A stretch of 33,652 bases of DNA from a candidate division FCPU426 bacterium (GCA_963771075.1 CAVYSE010000022.1:1-33652); one strand, 5' to 3'. Positions 20,223 through 29,237 are shown, counted from the first letter of the stretch. The notes: generated by a model from the letters alone, not told the origin. Numbers and translations are program-made.

Positions 20223-20630
20223 GTGAAGAAAAAGACACTAAAAACATTTCTTGTCTCGCTAACAATTAAACATTCAAGGAAAAGCCTAAGCGAACTTTCT
20301 GCCGCAATAAAACTACCGTATTCAAAAGGTTCTTGTAATAAGGGTGACTTAATCCATGGGAATAAAAAAGCTAAGAATACCGTTTGGATTTATTACGTCA
20401 ACACAAAGAAAATTAAGACATTGGATAAGTGTATCGAAAAACTAATTTTTTCGTTTAATCATTCATCTCTTAAGGCGTCTAGGTCGGTCCCAAGAGATTG
20501 GGATGCCCATTTAGACGTTGCCGTGTTATATAAAACTTATACTTGTTCTTTAGTAATTCAGGCAAAACAATTGAAGTGGTTCTCGATTAGGAACATTGGC
20601 CTGTCAATAAGCTGTTATCCGACATCTTAA
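20223..20630 (+). CDS. AT-rich hypothetical protein, DUF4279-like (cassette 3)
   Basis: AGGAG RBS and GTG start; VSLTI...KGD...W...LSISCY pattern resembles DUF4279. Confidence 0.65.
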   Translation: MKKKTLKTFLVSLTIKHSRKSLSELSAAIKLPYSKGSCNKGDLIHGNKKAKNTVWIYYVNTKKIKTLDKCIEKLIFSFNHSSLKASRSVPRDWDAHLDVAVLYKTYTCSLVIQAKQLKWFSIRNIGLSISCYPTS

Positions 20631-20653
20631 GCTCGAATTACCTGAAATTTGAT

Positions 20654-20680
20654 GGTTCGAAAATCGTTTAATCCGGGGAG
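20654..20680 (+). repeat. Site B3: inter-cassette repeat; GGGGAG serves as RBS for the ORF at 20689
   Basis: GGTTCGAAAATCGTTTAATCCGGGGAG. Confidence 0.8.
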
Positions 20681-20688
20681 TCTTAAAA

Positions 20689-21069
20689 ATGGAAGAAATT
20701 GTGGCAATTAAAGTAACCCACGGAAAAGGAAAAAAGGATTTTTTCCTAACTTGGGGAAGAACTTTTGATCCGGTTGAACACGCACAACTTTTACATGCAG
20801 TTGGTAAAAATCTAAAAAAATATGGAATTAAAAATATCAAAAAGTTACTTCTTCTAGATAGTTTGAAGGAAGTGTTTAGGGAGAGATATTTTTTTGAGCA
20901 CTATTTCTTAATGGCGCAAAAGAAAATTCCCTTTGGCAAGGGCTATAACCGTTGGCGAAAAGCGATGAATAAAAAGATAACGCAAGGTTATGAAATTTAT
21001 AAGATCAGTGATTACCGTCCAATAAATAAAACCTTATCCAGGGAAATAACCTTAAAACAACGAAATTGA
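20689..21069 (+). CDS. AT-rich basic hypothetical protein (cassette 4)
   Basis: 126-aa ORF with ATG 8 nt after GGGGAG; FLTWGR.FDPV motif. Confidence 0.7.
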   Translation: MEEIVAIKVTHGKGKKDFFLTWGRTFDPVEHAQLLHAVGKNLKKYGIKNIKKLLLLDSLKEVFRERYFFEHYFLMAQKKIPFGKGYNRWRKAMNKKITQGYEIYKISDYRPINKTLSREITLKQRN

Positions 21070-21070
21070 T

Positions 21071-21085
21071 GGTTCGAAAAACGTT
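21071..21085 (+). repeat. Site B4: left half of site B closing the array
   Basis: (AAATTGAT)GGTTCGAAAAACGTT; the right half has diverged. Confidence 0.6.
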
Positions 21086-21141
21086 CGGAATGGTGAACCA
21101 CTCTTCTTCGTAAACCGGCCCTTTTTCAGCCCTTTTTCGTA

Positions 21142-21170
21142 TTGCCTTCAAAAACCCCCTGGCCTATACT
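21142..21170 (+). promoter_or_regulatory. Sigma70-type promoter of the rpsF operon
   Basis: TTGCCT-N17-TATACT. Confidence 0.65.
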
Positions 21171-21237
21171 TCACCTCCCCTGGAAGCAGTTTTCAGGGTA
21201 TTAAGTTCCCGCCATCGGGCCCCAAACCCAACGCAGG

Positions 21238-21308
21238 AACCCTGCTCCCTTCCATTAATAAGGAGAGGGAGCTACCCCCGCACCTTGCGGGGAATCCATA
21301 GGGAGGTA
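21238..21308 (+). promoter_or_regulatory. S6:S18 ribosomal-protein leader RNA
   Basis: CCCT-GCTCCC...GGGAGC...AATCC-AT-AGGGAGGT: a stem pairing into the SD, with an unpaired CC just upstream of rpsF. Confidence 0.6.
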
Positions 21309-21312
21309 GTGC

Positions 21313-21825
21313 ATGAGCCAGCTTAAGTACGACGTCATTTACATCCTGGACCCCAACTCATCCCCGGATGAGATCGCGGCCGTTTCCACGAAAGTGGAAC
21401 AGATCGTGGCCGAATCCAAAGGGACCGTCCTCAAGAAGGAAGAGTGGGGCAAACGCCGCTTGGCCTACATGGTGCAAAAGCACCGCGACGGCCACTACGT
21501 TTTCTTCCACGTCCAGGTTTCCACCGAAGCGGTGGCCGAGTTGAACCGTAACTTGCGCCTCCTCGAAAAAGTCATCAAATTCATGATCGTGCGCGACACC
21601 ATCAGCCACCTGAAACCGCGTCCCAAGCCCATTCGCAAGGCACCGGAGGAAGGCGCCTCGGTTCGTCCCCACGCCCCCACCCGGCATTCGGGCCCCTCGG
21701 CACCGGCCTCGTCCGGCCCGTCCGCCCCGGTCGCTTCCACCCCGGTCCCCGCGGCTCCGGCCCCGGCCCCTGCACCTGTTGAAACCGTTGTACCCACGGC
21801 CCCGGTCGCTCCGGCCGGAGAATAA
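21313..21825 (+). CDS. rpsF: 30S ribosomal protein S6 with Pro/Ala-rich C-terminal extension
   Basis: YDVIYILDP, WGKRRLAY, G.Y, ELNRNLRL..VIKFMIVR. Confidence 0.93.
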   Translation: MSQLKYDVIYILDPNSSPDEIAAVSTKVEQIVAESKGTVLKKEEWGKRRLAYMVQKHRDGHYVFFHVQVSTEAVAELNRNLRLLEKVIKFMIVRDTISHLKPRPKPIRKAPEEGASVRPHAPTRHSGPSAPASSGPSAPVASTPVPAAPAPAPAPVETVVPTAPVAPAGE

Positions 21826-21853
21826 CCCTTACCGTTTTGATTAGGGGGTTGCC

Positions 21854-22285
21854 ATGCCTGACCTGAACAAAGTGTTTCTCATGGGGCGCCTGACCAAGGA
21901 CCCCGAGCTTCGCTATACCGCCGGGGGAGCCGCCGTGGCCAACCTGCGCGTCGCGATCAACCGGGTCTATTCGCTCCAATCGGGGGAGAAAAAAGAGGAA
22001 GTCTGTTACGTCACCGTCGTGGTTTGGCGCAAGACCGCCGAGGCCGTCGGTGAGTACCTGAAAAAGGGTGACCCCCTTTTCGTGGAAGGCTACCTGCAGA
22101 GCCGTTCCTGGGAAACCGAAGACAAGCAAAAACGAAGCACGATGGAAGTGGTCGCCGACCGCATCCAGTTCCTGAACCGTGGAAAAAGCGGAAGCGGCGA
22201 GTCCCCCGCCCCGTCGGAGGAAGAAGGGACGCCGCAAGGCGGGCCCGCGGCCTCCACCGGCACCGAGGAAGACATTCCCTTTTAA
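21854..22285 (+). CDS. ssb: Single-stranded DNA-binding protein
   Basis: [20 protein letters not shown]-terminal EDIPF. Confidence 0.96.
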   Translation: MPDLNKVFLMGRLTKDPELRYTAGGAAVANLRVAINRVYSLQSGEKKEEVCYVTVVVWRKTAEAVGEYLKKGDPLFVEGYLQSRSWETEDKQKRSTMEVVADRIQFLNRGKSGSGESPAPSEEEGTPQGGPAASTGTEEDIPF

Positions 22286-22347
22286 CGGCTGAGACGGGCC
22301 GCTTGGCCCCGAACCACCCATTACCGCAACTTTTAAGGAGATTGAAA

Positions 22348-22662
22348 ATGGAAGAGAGAAAAGAAAGACCCCACCACTCCGAGGGAGGACGCCGCGAAGG
22401 CGGTCCCGGAGGAGGACACCGTGAGGGAGGCGGCCCCGGAGGCCGTTTCCGCCGCCCGCGCCGCAAATCCTGCCGGTTCTGCCAGGACCGCGTGGTCGCG
22501 ATCGACTATAAGGACTACAACCGCATCCGCACCTTCGTTTCCGACCGGGGCAAGATCGTGCCCAGCCGCATGACCGGCACTTGCGCCAGCCACCAACGGG
22601 AACTCACACAGGCCATCAAGCGGGCCCGCAACATCGCCCTCCTGCCTTTCGCAACCGCCTAG
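22348..22662 (+). CDS. rpsR: 30S ribosomal protein S18 (Zn-binding type)
   Basis: [41 protein letters not shown]. Confidence 0.95.
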   Translation: MEERKERPHHSEGGRREGGPGGGHREGGGPGGRFRRPRRKSCRFCQDRVVAIDYKDYNRIRTFVSDRGKIVPSRMTGTCASHQRELTQAIKRARNIALLPFATA

Positions 22663-22682
22663 GGGCGGAAAGGGAGCCGTTC

Positions 22683-23465
22683 GTGGATTGGGTGCTCGCC
22701 TTTTTGTTTTTGATGCTGCTTTTCGGGGCCATGACGACCCTCAGCGGGTTGGCGATCCTGTTCGCTTTGCTGAGGGGGGCCAGGCCCAACACGGCGGTCC
22801 TGGCCGGTTCCCTCGCTTGCGCATTGTTCTTCCTGTCCCTCTTCGCGGTTCTTTTGAACGGGAAGATGGGTTGGAAGGATATCCAAACCACGCTTCGAAC
22901 TTCCTCCGAACAAAGCGTCCAGGCCCAAATCGCGGCTTGGAAGGCCCAGGGCGTCTCCCAGGATAAGTTGGATGAATTCAAGGACGAGGCGGACCGGTAC
23001 CTGCCCTCCGTGCTGCGGGTTTACCCGTCCCTATTCGCCTTGGCCAGCGCCTGGCTCGGCTTGTTTTCCTACTACCTGATCCCGTTTTTTTTCCGCCGGT
23101 TCATCACCCGGGTCCCCCGACCCATGCCTTTCCGGCAGTGGATCATTCCCGAACCGCTCATCTTTTGCTTCATCGCCGGGGCCCTCCTGAACGTCGGGTC
23201 GAAATGGGTCGAAATGCCCGGGTTTGAATGGCTGGGGATCCTCGGCAATAACCTGATCGTTTTTTTCGGGGGAGTTTACATCATGGGCGGTTTCAGCATC
23301 ATTTCCTACTACCTCCAGAAATGGAACGTTCCCATCCCCTTTCGGTTCCCGATCTATATTTTCCTGGCCGTTTACTTTTTCGTGCCGCTTTTTTGCCTAG
23401 GCCTATTGGACGTTTGGATGGACCTGCGTAAGATCAAAACACCACCCCTGGAGAGAACCGTATGA
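22683..23465 (+). CDS. DUF2232/YybS-like membrane protein
   Basis: Multi-TM protein between rpsR and rplI; PFRQW..P and LGLLDVWMDLRK motifs. Confidence 0.8.
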   Translation: MDWVLAFLFLMLLFGAMTTLSGLAILFALLRGARPNTAVLAGSLACALFFLSLFAVLLNGKMGWKDIQTTLRTSSEQSVQAQIAAWKAQGVSQDKLDEFKDEADRYLPSVLRVYPSLFALASAWLGLFSYYLIPFFFRRFITRVPRPMPFRQWIIPEPLIFCFIAGALLNVGSKWVEMPGFEWLGILGNNLIVFFGGVYIMGGFSIISYYLQKWNVPIPFRFPIYIFLAVYFFVPLFCLGLLDVWMDLRKIKTPPLERTV

Positions 23466-23905
23466 AAATTCTTTTGACCCAAGACGTTCCCAAGATCGGC
23501 AAGAAGGGAGAGGTACTGGAGGCCAAGGAAGGGTACGCCCGCAATTTCCTCATACCCAACGGCCTGGCGGTAGCGGCCACCGAGAGCGCCATGCGGGAAA
23601 TCGCGGCCCAGAAAAAGGCCCTGGAACGCAAGAAGGAAAAAGAAAAGGAAGCCGCCCAGGCCTTAGGGGCCAAATTGAAGGGCTACACCATCACGCTCCG
23701 CCACAAGGCGGGGGATGAAGGCAAGCTGTTCGGTTCCATCACCGCCGCCGAGATCTCCGAGGCCCTGAAGGCCAAGGGGTTCGACATCGACAAGAAACAG
23801 ATCGTGCTCGACGACCATATCCGCCTCGTCGGCCACCACGACGTCACGGTCAAGCTTCACCCCGAGGTCACGGCCACCGTGCCGGTGGATGTGATGAAGG
23901 CTTAA
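23462..23905 (+). CDS. rplI: 50S ribosomal protein L9
   Basis: MKILLTQDV..IGKKGEV...GYARNFLIP; GKLFGSIT. Confidence 0.97.
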   Translation: MKILLTQDVPKIGKKGEVLEAKEGYARNFLIPNGLAVAATESAMREIAAQKKALERKKEKEKEAAQALGAKLKGYTITLRHKAGDEGKLFGSITAAEISEALKAKGFDIDKKQIVLDDHIRLVGHHDVTVKLHPEVTATVPVDVMKA

Positions 23906-23985
23906 TTTTTCCAGCGGATGGACTGTTGGAAATTCCACTAATCCCCGTTGATTCGACCCATCCACGTCTTAATGGTAGGTAGTTA

Positions 23986-24097
23986 ATGGTCAAACCCCTG
24001 GCTGACTTCGGCACTCCCCTGGAAATACTTGATTGGTTCGGATATGTACCTGGCCACCATTCGGGAGATGGAACAGTACCTATACGGGGCCGCATAG
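23986..24097 (+). pseudogene. 3' remnant of an EcoAI/EcoEI-type type I restriction subunit (hsdR C-terminus)
   Basis: Translates as VKPLADFGTPLEILDWFG/frameshift/YLATIREMEQYLYGAA*, recognisable as the EcoEI_R_C tail pattern P...FGTP.EI...FGG...Y...I.E.E..LY. Confidence 0.55.
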
Positions 24098-24163
24098 GCA
24101 AACCAACATCCAACGCAAAGCCGCAAAGGCGCTAAAAAAGGTCACCCATAGGGTTTAAAGACA

Positions 24164-24660
24164 AATTTTATAACGCCGTTATAAAATTGGAAGAATAGGC
24201 GGGGTGAATTAGTAGTAATACTACTAATTCAAATAAGGGAATTTGGCAGGTAGGGTGGCATGGGGGGTGAATTAGAGGAATTTCCTCTAATTCAATCAAG
24301 GGAATTCGGTTTAAAACCCGGGTTAAGGTTTTAATTGGCCGCAGTGCGGCCAATTGGCGGGTTTGTTGGATGGTTAGCTGGGTGAATTGATCGCAGTGCG
24401 ATCAATTCAAATAAGGGAATTTGGCATAAACCCCAGGAAGGGGGGTGAATTAGCGGCCTGGCCGCTAATTCAAATATGGGAAATTGGCAGCAAGGCGGGT
24501 ATCGGGGGTTGAATTGATACGATTCGTATCAATTCAGGTAACGAAAAATAAGGGAAATCTTAATGTTTTGCAGATTCTGCAAAATTTCAATATTCCCCTT
24601 ATATTTTGTCCCCCCATTCCGGGCCTTTGGAAATGGGTTTTATAACGCCGTTATAAAATT
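24164..24660. repeat. Array of nine variable-arm perfect palindromes with semi-conserved flanks
   Basis: Palindromes at 24164-88, 24206-30, 24269-93, 24333-55, 24384-408, 24447-71, 24511-35, 24566-84 and 24638-58. Confidence 0.9.
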
Positions 24661-24668
24661 CTGCCTTG

Positions 24669-24740
24669 TTTTTCTCTGTGTCTCTGTCCTCCTTAGCCCT
24701 TTGGACTAAGGGTATCAGGGGACTATACCGACCTCATTAA
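24669..24740 (-). repeat. Partial inverted, diverged copy of the 2861/19082 repeat
   Basis: Reverse complement TTAATGAGGTCGGTATAGTCC...CTAAGGAGGACAGAGACACAGAGAAAAA aligns with 2931-2991. Confidence 0.65.
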
Positions 24741-24782
24741 ATACTTAATTCATAACTAAACTCCTTCTTGAAATTTAACAAC

Positions 24783-24824
24783 TGTGGTAAAAAAAATACC
24801 ACATGTGGTAATATTTATACCACG
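24783..24824. promoter_or_regulatory. Tandem operator for the XRE regulator
   Basis: Two abutting TGTGGTA-N7-TACCAC(A/G) inverted repeats directly upstream of the RBS. Confidence 0.65.
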
Positions 24825-24844
24825 CCAAATCATGGAGGATGAAC

Positions 24845-25225
24845 ATGAGTTTCGGTGATTACATAAATAATTTACGGATACAGCAGAAAAAGACTTTGAG
24901 GCAATTCTGCATGGAGAACAGCCTTGATCCGAGTAATTGGAGCAAGGTGGAAAGGGATGTGAATCCACCCCCTAAAGATGAAGCTGTCTTGGGGCAATGG
25001 GCCAAGTATTTTGGCATCAAACCCAAGACCGATGAATGGAATCAATTCATGGATGAGGCCAGGATAGCCAGGGGAGAAATACCCCGGGACATCATGAATG
25101 ACGAAAAAGCCGTAGCCCTTTTGCCGGCATTTTTTAGGACAGTTCGGGGTGCTGAAATTGGCGAAGCCGAGATTAAAAAACTGATCGAGAAGATCAGAGA
25201 GGCCAATACCCCGGATGAACGGTGA
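24845..25225 (+). CDS. XRE-family HTH regulator
   Basis: FGDYINNLR...TLRQFC....DPSNWSKVER...PP; GGAGG RBS. Confidence 0.85.
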   Translation: MSFGDYINNLRIQQKKTLRQFCMENSLDPSNWSKVERDVNPPPKDEAVLGQWAKYFGIKPKTDEWNQFMDEARIARGEIPRDIMNDEKAVALLPAFFRTVRGAEIGEAEIKKLIEKIREANTPDER

Positions 25226-25847
25226 ACTCCATTATCTTTATCTCCCCGAAATCCACGCTCGGGTCGAGGCTTTTCGTGCCGGTCTGGATCATGACCTTCA
25301 GGCATTGCCCATTGATGTCACCTTTATCGCGGAGATAAATTTGAGGCTTAAACCCATCCCGCTCAAGGGTCTTTGGGAGGATTTGAATATCGATGCCGCC
25401 CTAACCCCTGATTTAAAGGGGTTTTATGTCGATGAAAAGTCCTATGAGTGGGTTCTTGAACGGGTTGAAAACCACCATTGGTTGGAAAATCGGTTGAGGT
25501 TCTCCGTGGCCCATGAAATAGGCCACTATATTTTGCATGGTGATGTTCTCAAAGGGTTACAGTTCAATAATATTCATGAATATTTGGCTTGGAGGAACGC
25601 CAAACGAACCGGAGCTTCCCCTGAGTACCAGGCGGATGAGTTCGCGGGACGGCTCCTGGTGCCAAAGCCTTTGTTGTTCTCGGAATATGACCATATCACC
25701 AAGACGGTCGCACAAGAACACGGCGATTGGCGGAGGATTGAAGGAACGCGGGAAAAAGTCGCGAGAAAATTAGCCCCGCGATTCGGCGTCAACTTTCAAG
25801 TGATCGAAACAAGACTGGATAGGGAAGGGATTTGGCCTACCGAATAA
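25215..25847 (+). CDS. ImmA/IrrE-family Zn metallopeptidase
   Basis: R.RFSVAHEIGHYILH, EYQADEFAGRLLVP, LA.RFGV. Confidence 0.9.
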   Translation: MNGELHYLYLPEIHARVEAFRAGLDHDLQALPIDVTFIAEINLRLKPIPLKGLWEDLNIDAALTPDLKGFYVDEKSYEWVLERVENHHWLENRLRFSVAHEIGHYILHGDVLKGLQFNNIHEYLAWRNAKRTGASPEYQADEFAGRLLVPKPLLFSEYDHITKTVAQEHGDWRRIEGTREKVARKLAPRFGVNFQVIETRLDREGIWPTE

Positions 25848-25988
25848 GAGGAATGTGGACAACTGTGAATAGTGTGCATAACTTTTCTTTCTAAATAAAA
25901 ATAAAAAATAATTTTTAAAAAATTCTATCGTGACTTTGGAAATGACGGATAGAATGCGCACCTAACGAATTTTTTGCCTGGAGTTTAC

Positions 25989-27384
25989 ATGGAAGTTGCC
26001 CGTAAAAGTTTTCCCCTCTCTCCCTTCGCCAACAGCCAATCCGAGTTCCGCGTTCCGCCCCAAGACCTGGAAGCCGAGCAGTCGGTCCTGGGCGCCATGA
26101 TGCTTTCCTCCGACGCCATCCGGGCGGTGATCCCCGTCTGCCACGAGGAGGACTTTTACCGGGAGGCGCACCGGAAACTTTACCACGCCATCGTGGTGCT
26201 GGACGACCGCAAGGAACCGGTGGACATCATCACCCTCACCAACGAACTCAAACGCATGGGGGATTTCGACACCGTCGGGGGAGTCACGGCCCTGACCACA
26301 TTGGTCGACCGGGTGCCCACCGCCGCCAACGCCGAATATTACGCCCAGATCGTCAAGGAAAAGTCCTCCGCCCGCAAGCTAATCACCGCCGCCACCCAGG
26401 TGGTCGCCGACGCCTATTCGGACGCCATGCCCATCAAGGAACTGTTGGACGACGCGGAACACCGGATCTTCGAGGCCACCGAGCTTCGTGAAAGCAAGGA
26501 CTTCGACAGCATCAAGGACCTGATCGGCAATTCCTTCGAGTACGTCAACACCCTCACCGACCAGCAGCAGCACATCACGGGCGTGCCGACCGGTTTTTAC
26601 GACCTGGACGACCTGACGGCGGGTTTCCAGCCCGCCGAAATGATCGTCATCGGGGCCCGGCCCTCGGTCGGCAAGACCTCCCTGGCCCTGAACATCGCCC
26701 AGCACGCCTGCATGGGCACGAACCAGTTGAAGAAGAAGATTCCCGGTGGGGTTTTTCTCCATCGAAATGACGGCCAAGCAATTGGCCCTCCGCCTGCTTT
26801 GTTCGGTGGCCCGAATCGACCTGAAAAAGGCCCGGTCGGGTTACCTGAGCGACCAGGAACGGGCTCGGTTGGTCGGGGTCACGGGCCAGTTTTATGAGGC
26901 CAAGCTCTTCATCGACGATACTTCCTCCATGTCGGTGCTGGACCTCAAGGCCAAGGCCCGCCGTTTGAAGCGGGAACAAGGCATCGGCATCCTGATCATC
27001 GACTACCTCCAGCTCATCCAGGCGGGCATCCGCGACGGCAACCGCGAGCAGGAAATCGCCTACATCTCCCGCAATTTGAAGGCGCTGGCCAAGGACCTGG
27101 ATATCCCGGTGGTGGTCCTGTCCCAGCTTTCCCGGCCGGTGAAGGGCGCGGAGGAAAAAAGACCGGTCTTGTCGGATCTTCGCGAGTCGGGCGCCATCGA
27201 GCAGGACGCCGACGTGGTCATGTTCATCCACCGGGAATCGGCCGGGCAGGACGGCGAAAAACCCATGTTCAAGTACGAATTGGTCCTCGCCAAACAGCGT
27301 AACGGCCCCACCGACAATATCGACGTGGTCTTCCGCAACCAATACACCACCTTCGAATCGGCATCGAAAGTTTCCGAACGATGA
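25989..27384 (+). CDS. dnaB: Replicative DNA helicase (one +1 frameshift near 26743, probably a read error)
   Basis: PPQDLEAEQSVLG, Walker A GARPSVGKT, FFSIEM, IDYLQL, LSQLSR, DLRESGAIEQDAD, KQRNGP. Confidence 0.95.
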
Positions 27385-28502
27385 GGTCCAAAACCCCGGC
27401 CTGGGCCGAAATATCCCTCACCGCCCTCAAGAACAATTTCAAGGCCCTCTCCAAGATCGCCCGGGGTTCCCATGTCCTGCCGGTGGTGAAGGCCAACGCC
27501 TACGGCCATGGGGCGGTGCCGGTTTCCCAGGCGCTCCTCCAAGCCGGGGCCAAAAGGCTGGCCGTGGCCACGGTGCAGGAAGGGGCGGAACTGCGGGCTT
27601 TCGGGATCGATTGCCCTGTCCTGGTCTTGACCCCCACCCTGAAAGAGGAAATCCCCGACCTCCTGGAAAACGGGCTTATCCCCCAGGTCAGTTCCTACGG
27701 AGGAGCCTTGGAACTGGCCCGGATCGCCAAGAAAATGAAAACCGGCCCGGTTCCCATTCACGTCAAGCTCGATACCGGCATGGGCCGGGTGGGGGTGAAG
27801 ATTCACCGGATTTTGGATGAAATAAAAGCCATCCGAAACATCCCCGAATTGAGGGTCGAAGCCCTCTATACCCACTTGGCCACCGCCGATTGGACCGACC
27901 CCAAATACGCCTGGAAACAGATTACCCAGTTCAACCAGGCGTTGGAACACCTCCGCCAAAAAGAGGGTTTTTTCCCCATGACCCACGTGGCCAACAGCGC
28001 CGCGCTCTTGACCTATTTTCCCCAGTCCGCGGGCACCTGGGTGCGGCCCGGCATCGCCCTTTACGGCATCTATCCCAATCCGGCCTTTAAGAACAAGGTC
28101 GACTTAGCCCCGGTCATGCAGGTCAAGGCCAAGATCATCCATTTAAAGAAGATCGAAAGGGGCCAATCGGTCAGTTACGGCCGTACCTATACCGCCCGAA
28201 AGAGCGTGGTGGTGGCGACCGTGCCTTTGGGCTATGCTGATGGGGTGCACCGGAACCTTTCCAACAAGGCCCCATTCCTGATGGGCGGCCGGAAGGTGCC
28301 CCAAATCGGCACCGTTTGCATGGACATGCTCATGCTGGACGCCACGAAAGCGCGGGGGGCCAAGGTGGGGGATGAGGTTGTCTTTTTCGGCCGGCAGGGC
28401 CAGGCCGTAATCGGGGTGGAAGAACAGGCGGCCCTGGCTGGGACCATTTCCTATGAGCTGCTTTGCGCGGTAGGTGAAAGGGTGTCACGCCTTTACGTTT
28501 AG
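27381..28502 (+). CDS. alr: Alanine racemase
   Basis: VVKANAYGHG PLP lysine, KLDTGMGRVG, HVANSA, GYADG, CMDM, TISYE. Confidence 0.96.
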   Translation: MRSKTPAWAEISLTALKNNFKALSKIARGSHVLPVVKANAYGHGAVPVSQALLQAGAKRLAVATVQEGAELRAFGIDCPVLVLTPTLKEEIPDLLENGLIPQVSSYGGALELARIAKKMKTGPVPIHVKLDTGMGRVGVKIHRILDEIKAIRNIPELRVEALYTHLATADWTDPKYAWKQITQFNQALEHLRQKEGFFPMTHVANSAALLTYFPQSAGTWVRPGIALYGIYPNPAFKNKVDLAPVMQVKAKIIHLKKIERGQSVSYGRTYTARKSVVVATVPLGYADGVHRNLSNKAPFLMGGRKVPQIGTVCMDMLMLDATKARGAKVGDEVVFFGRQGQAVIGVEEQAALAGTISYELLCAVGERVSRLYV

Positions 28503-28541
28503 TTCCACTGGTTATTGGACCCTAGTCAGGGGAAATATCGA

Positions 28542-29237
28542 TTGAAAAAAATCATAACCAACCTATATCGATGTTGTTCCGTCCCGATCCTGGCTTTTTA
28601 TGTCGTGAGCGGCCATTCACTCGCGGAGCCGGTCCTTCGCGCCGCCGAAATGGATCTGCCCCCGATCTCGAATCCGAAAGTGGCCCAGGGAATCCGAACC
28701 TGGCTGAAAAAAGAATACAAGCGCCAGCGCAAAAGCTGGTCGGGGAAGACTTTCCCCTATGAGCCCCAGGTGGAGGTGGTGGGCCATTCGGGGAGGACCG
28801 AGAGCGTCGTGATCCGCCTGGAGTGTTTTGGGAAGGCCCAGTCCCGTTGGATCTTCAGCACCTATACCTACGACGTCAAAAACAACGTAAGGATCAAGTT
28901 GCCGGACCTTTTTATCGCCGATTCGGATTGGAAGAACGTCCTTTGGCCCTGCGTGGTCAAAAAGGCCTCCCGGACCTTTGATGGAAACCAATTCGGCGGG
29001 AAGCATCCCCGCACGGACCGATATTATGATTCCTTCTCCTTGGACGACCAGACTTTAAAGCTTTATTTCGACCAAGGCGTTATTGCTTCCCCGGCCCAGG
29101 GCCCGTTGGAAGTGGATGTACCCCTGTACCAGATCGGCCCCATCTTGAACCCCGAATTCCAGCCCTTGACTCCCGGCCCCCGGCATTTTGGGATGGCGGC
29201 TACCCGGGAGAAGCCGACAGGTTCTTTGAACAAGTAA
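28542..29237 (+). CDS. DUF3298/RsiV-like exported protein
   Basis: TYTYD......L.DLF and F.LDDQTLKLYFDQG.IA..AQG..EV.VP; start codon uncertain. Confidence 0.6.
   Translation: MKKIITNLYRCCSVPILAFYVVSGHSLAEPVLRAAEMDLPPISNPKVAQGIRTWLKKEYKRQRKSWSGKTFPYEPQVEVVGHSGRTESVVIRLECFGKAQSRWIFSTYTYDVKNNVRIKLPDLFIADSDWKNVLWPCVVKKASRTFDGNQFGGKHPRTDRYYDSFSLDDQTLKLYFDQGVIASPAQGPLEVDVPLYQIGPILNPEFQPLTPGPRHFGMAATREKPTGSLNK

Noticed and set aside
15336..21085. Classical integron attC sites
   Set aside because: B sites lack the RYYYAAC...GTTRRRY boxes and a long imperfect palindrome; no intI in the window
24164..24660. Canonical CRISPR array, or the 61-aa ORF 24168-24353
   Set aside because: The palindromic part is the variable part, the constant flanks are degenerate, unit length varies and there are no cas genes; the ORF is a by-product of the repeats
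26740..26750. Split dnaB or intein
   Set aside because: One extra C in a homopolymer; the joined protein is a normal ~464-aa DnaB
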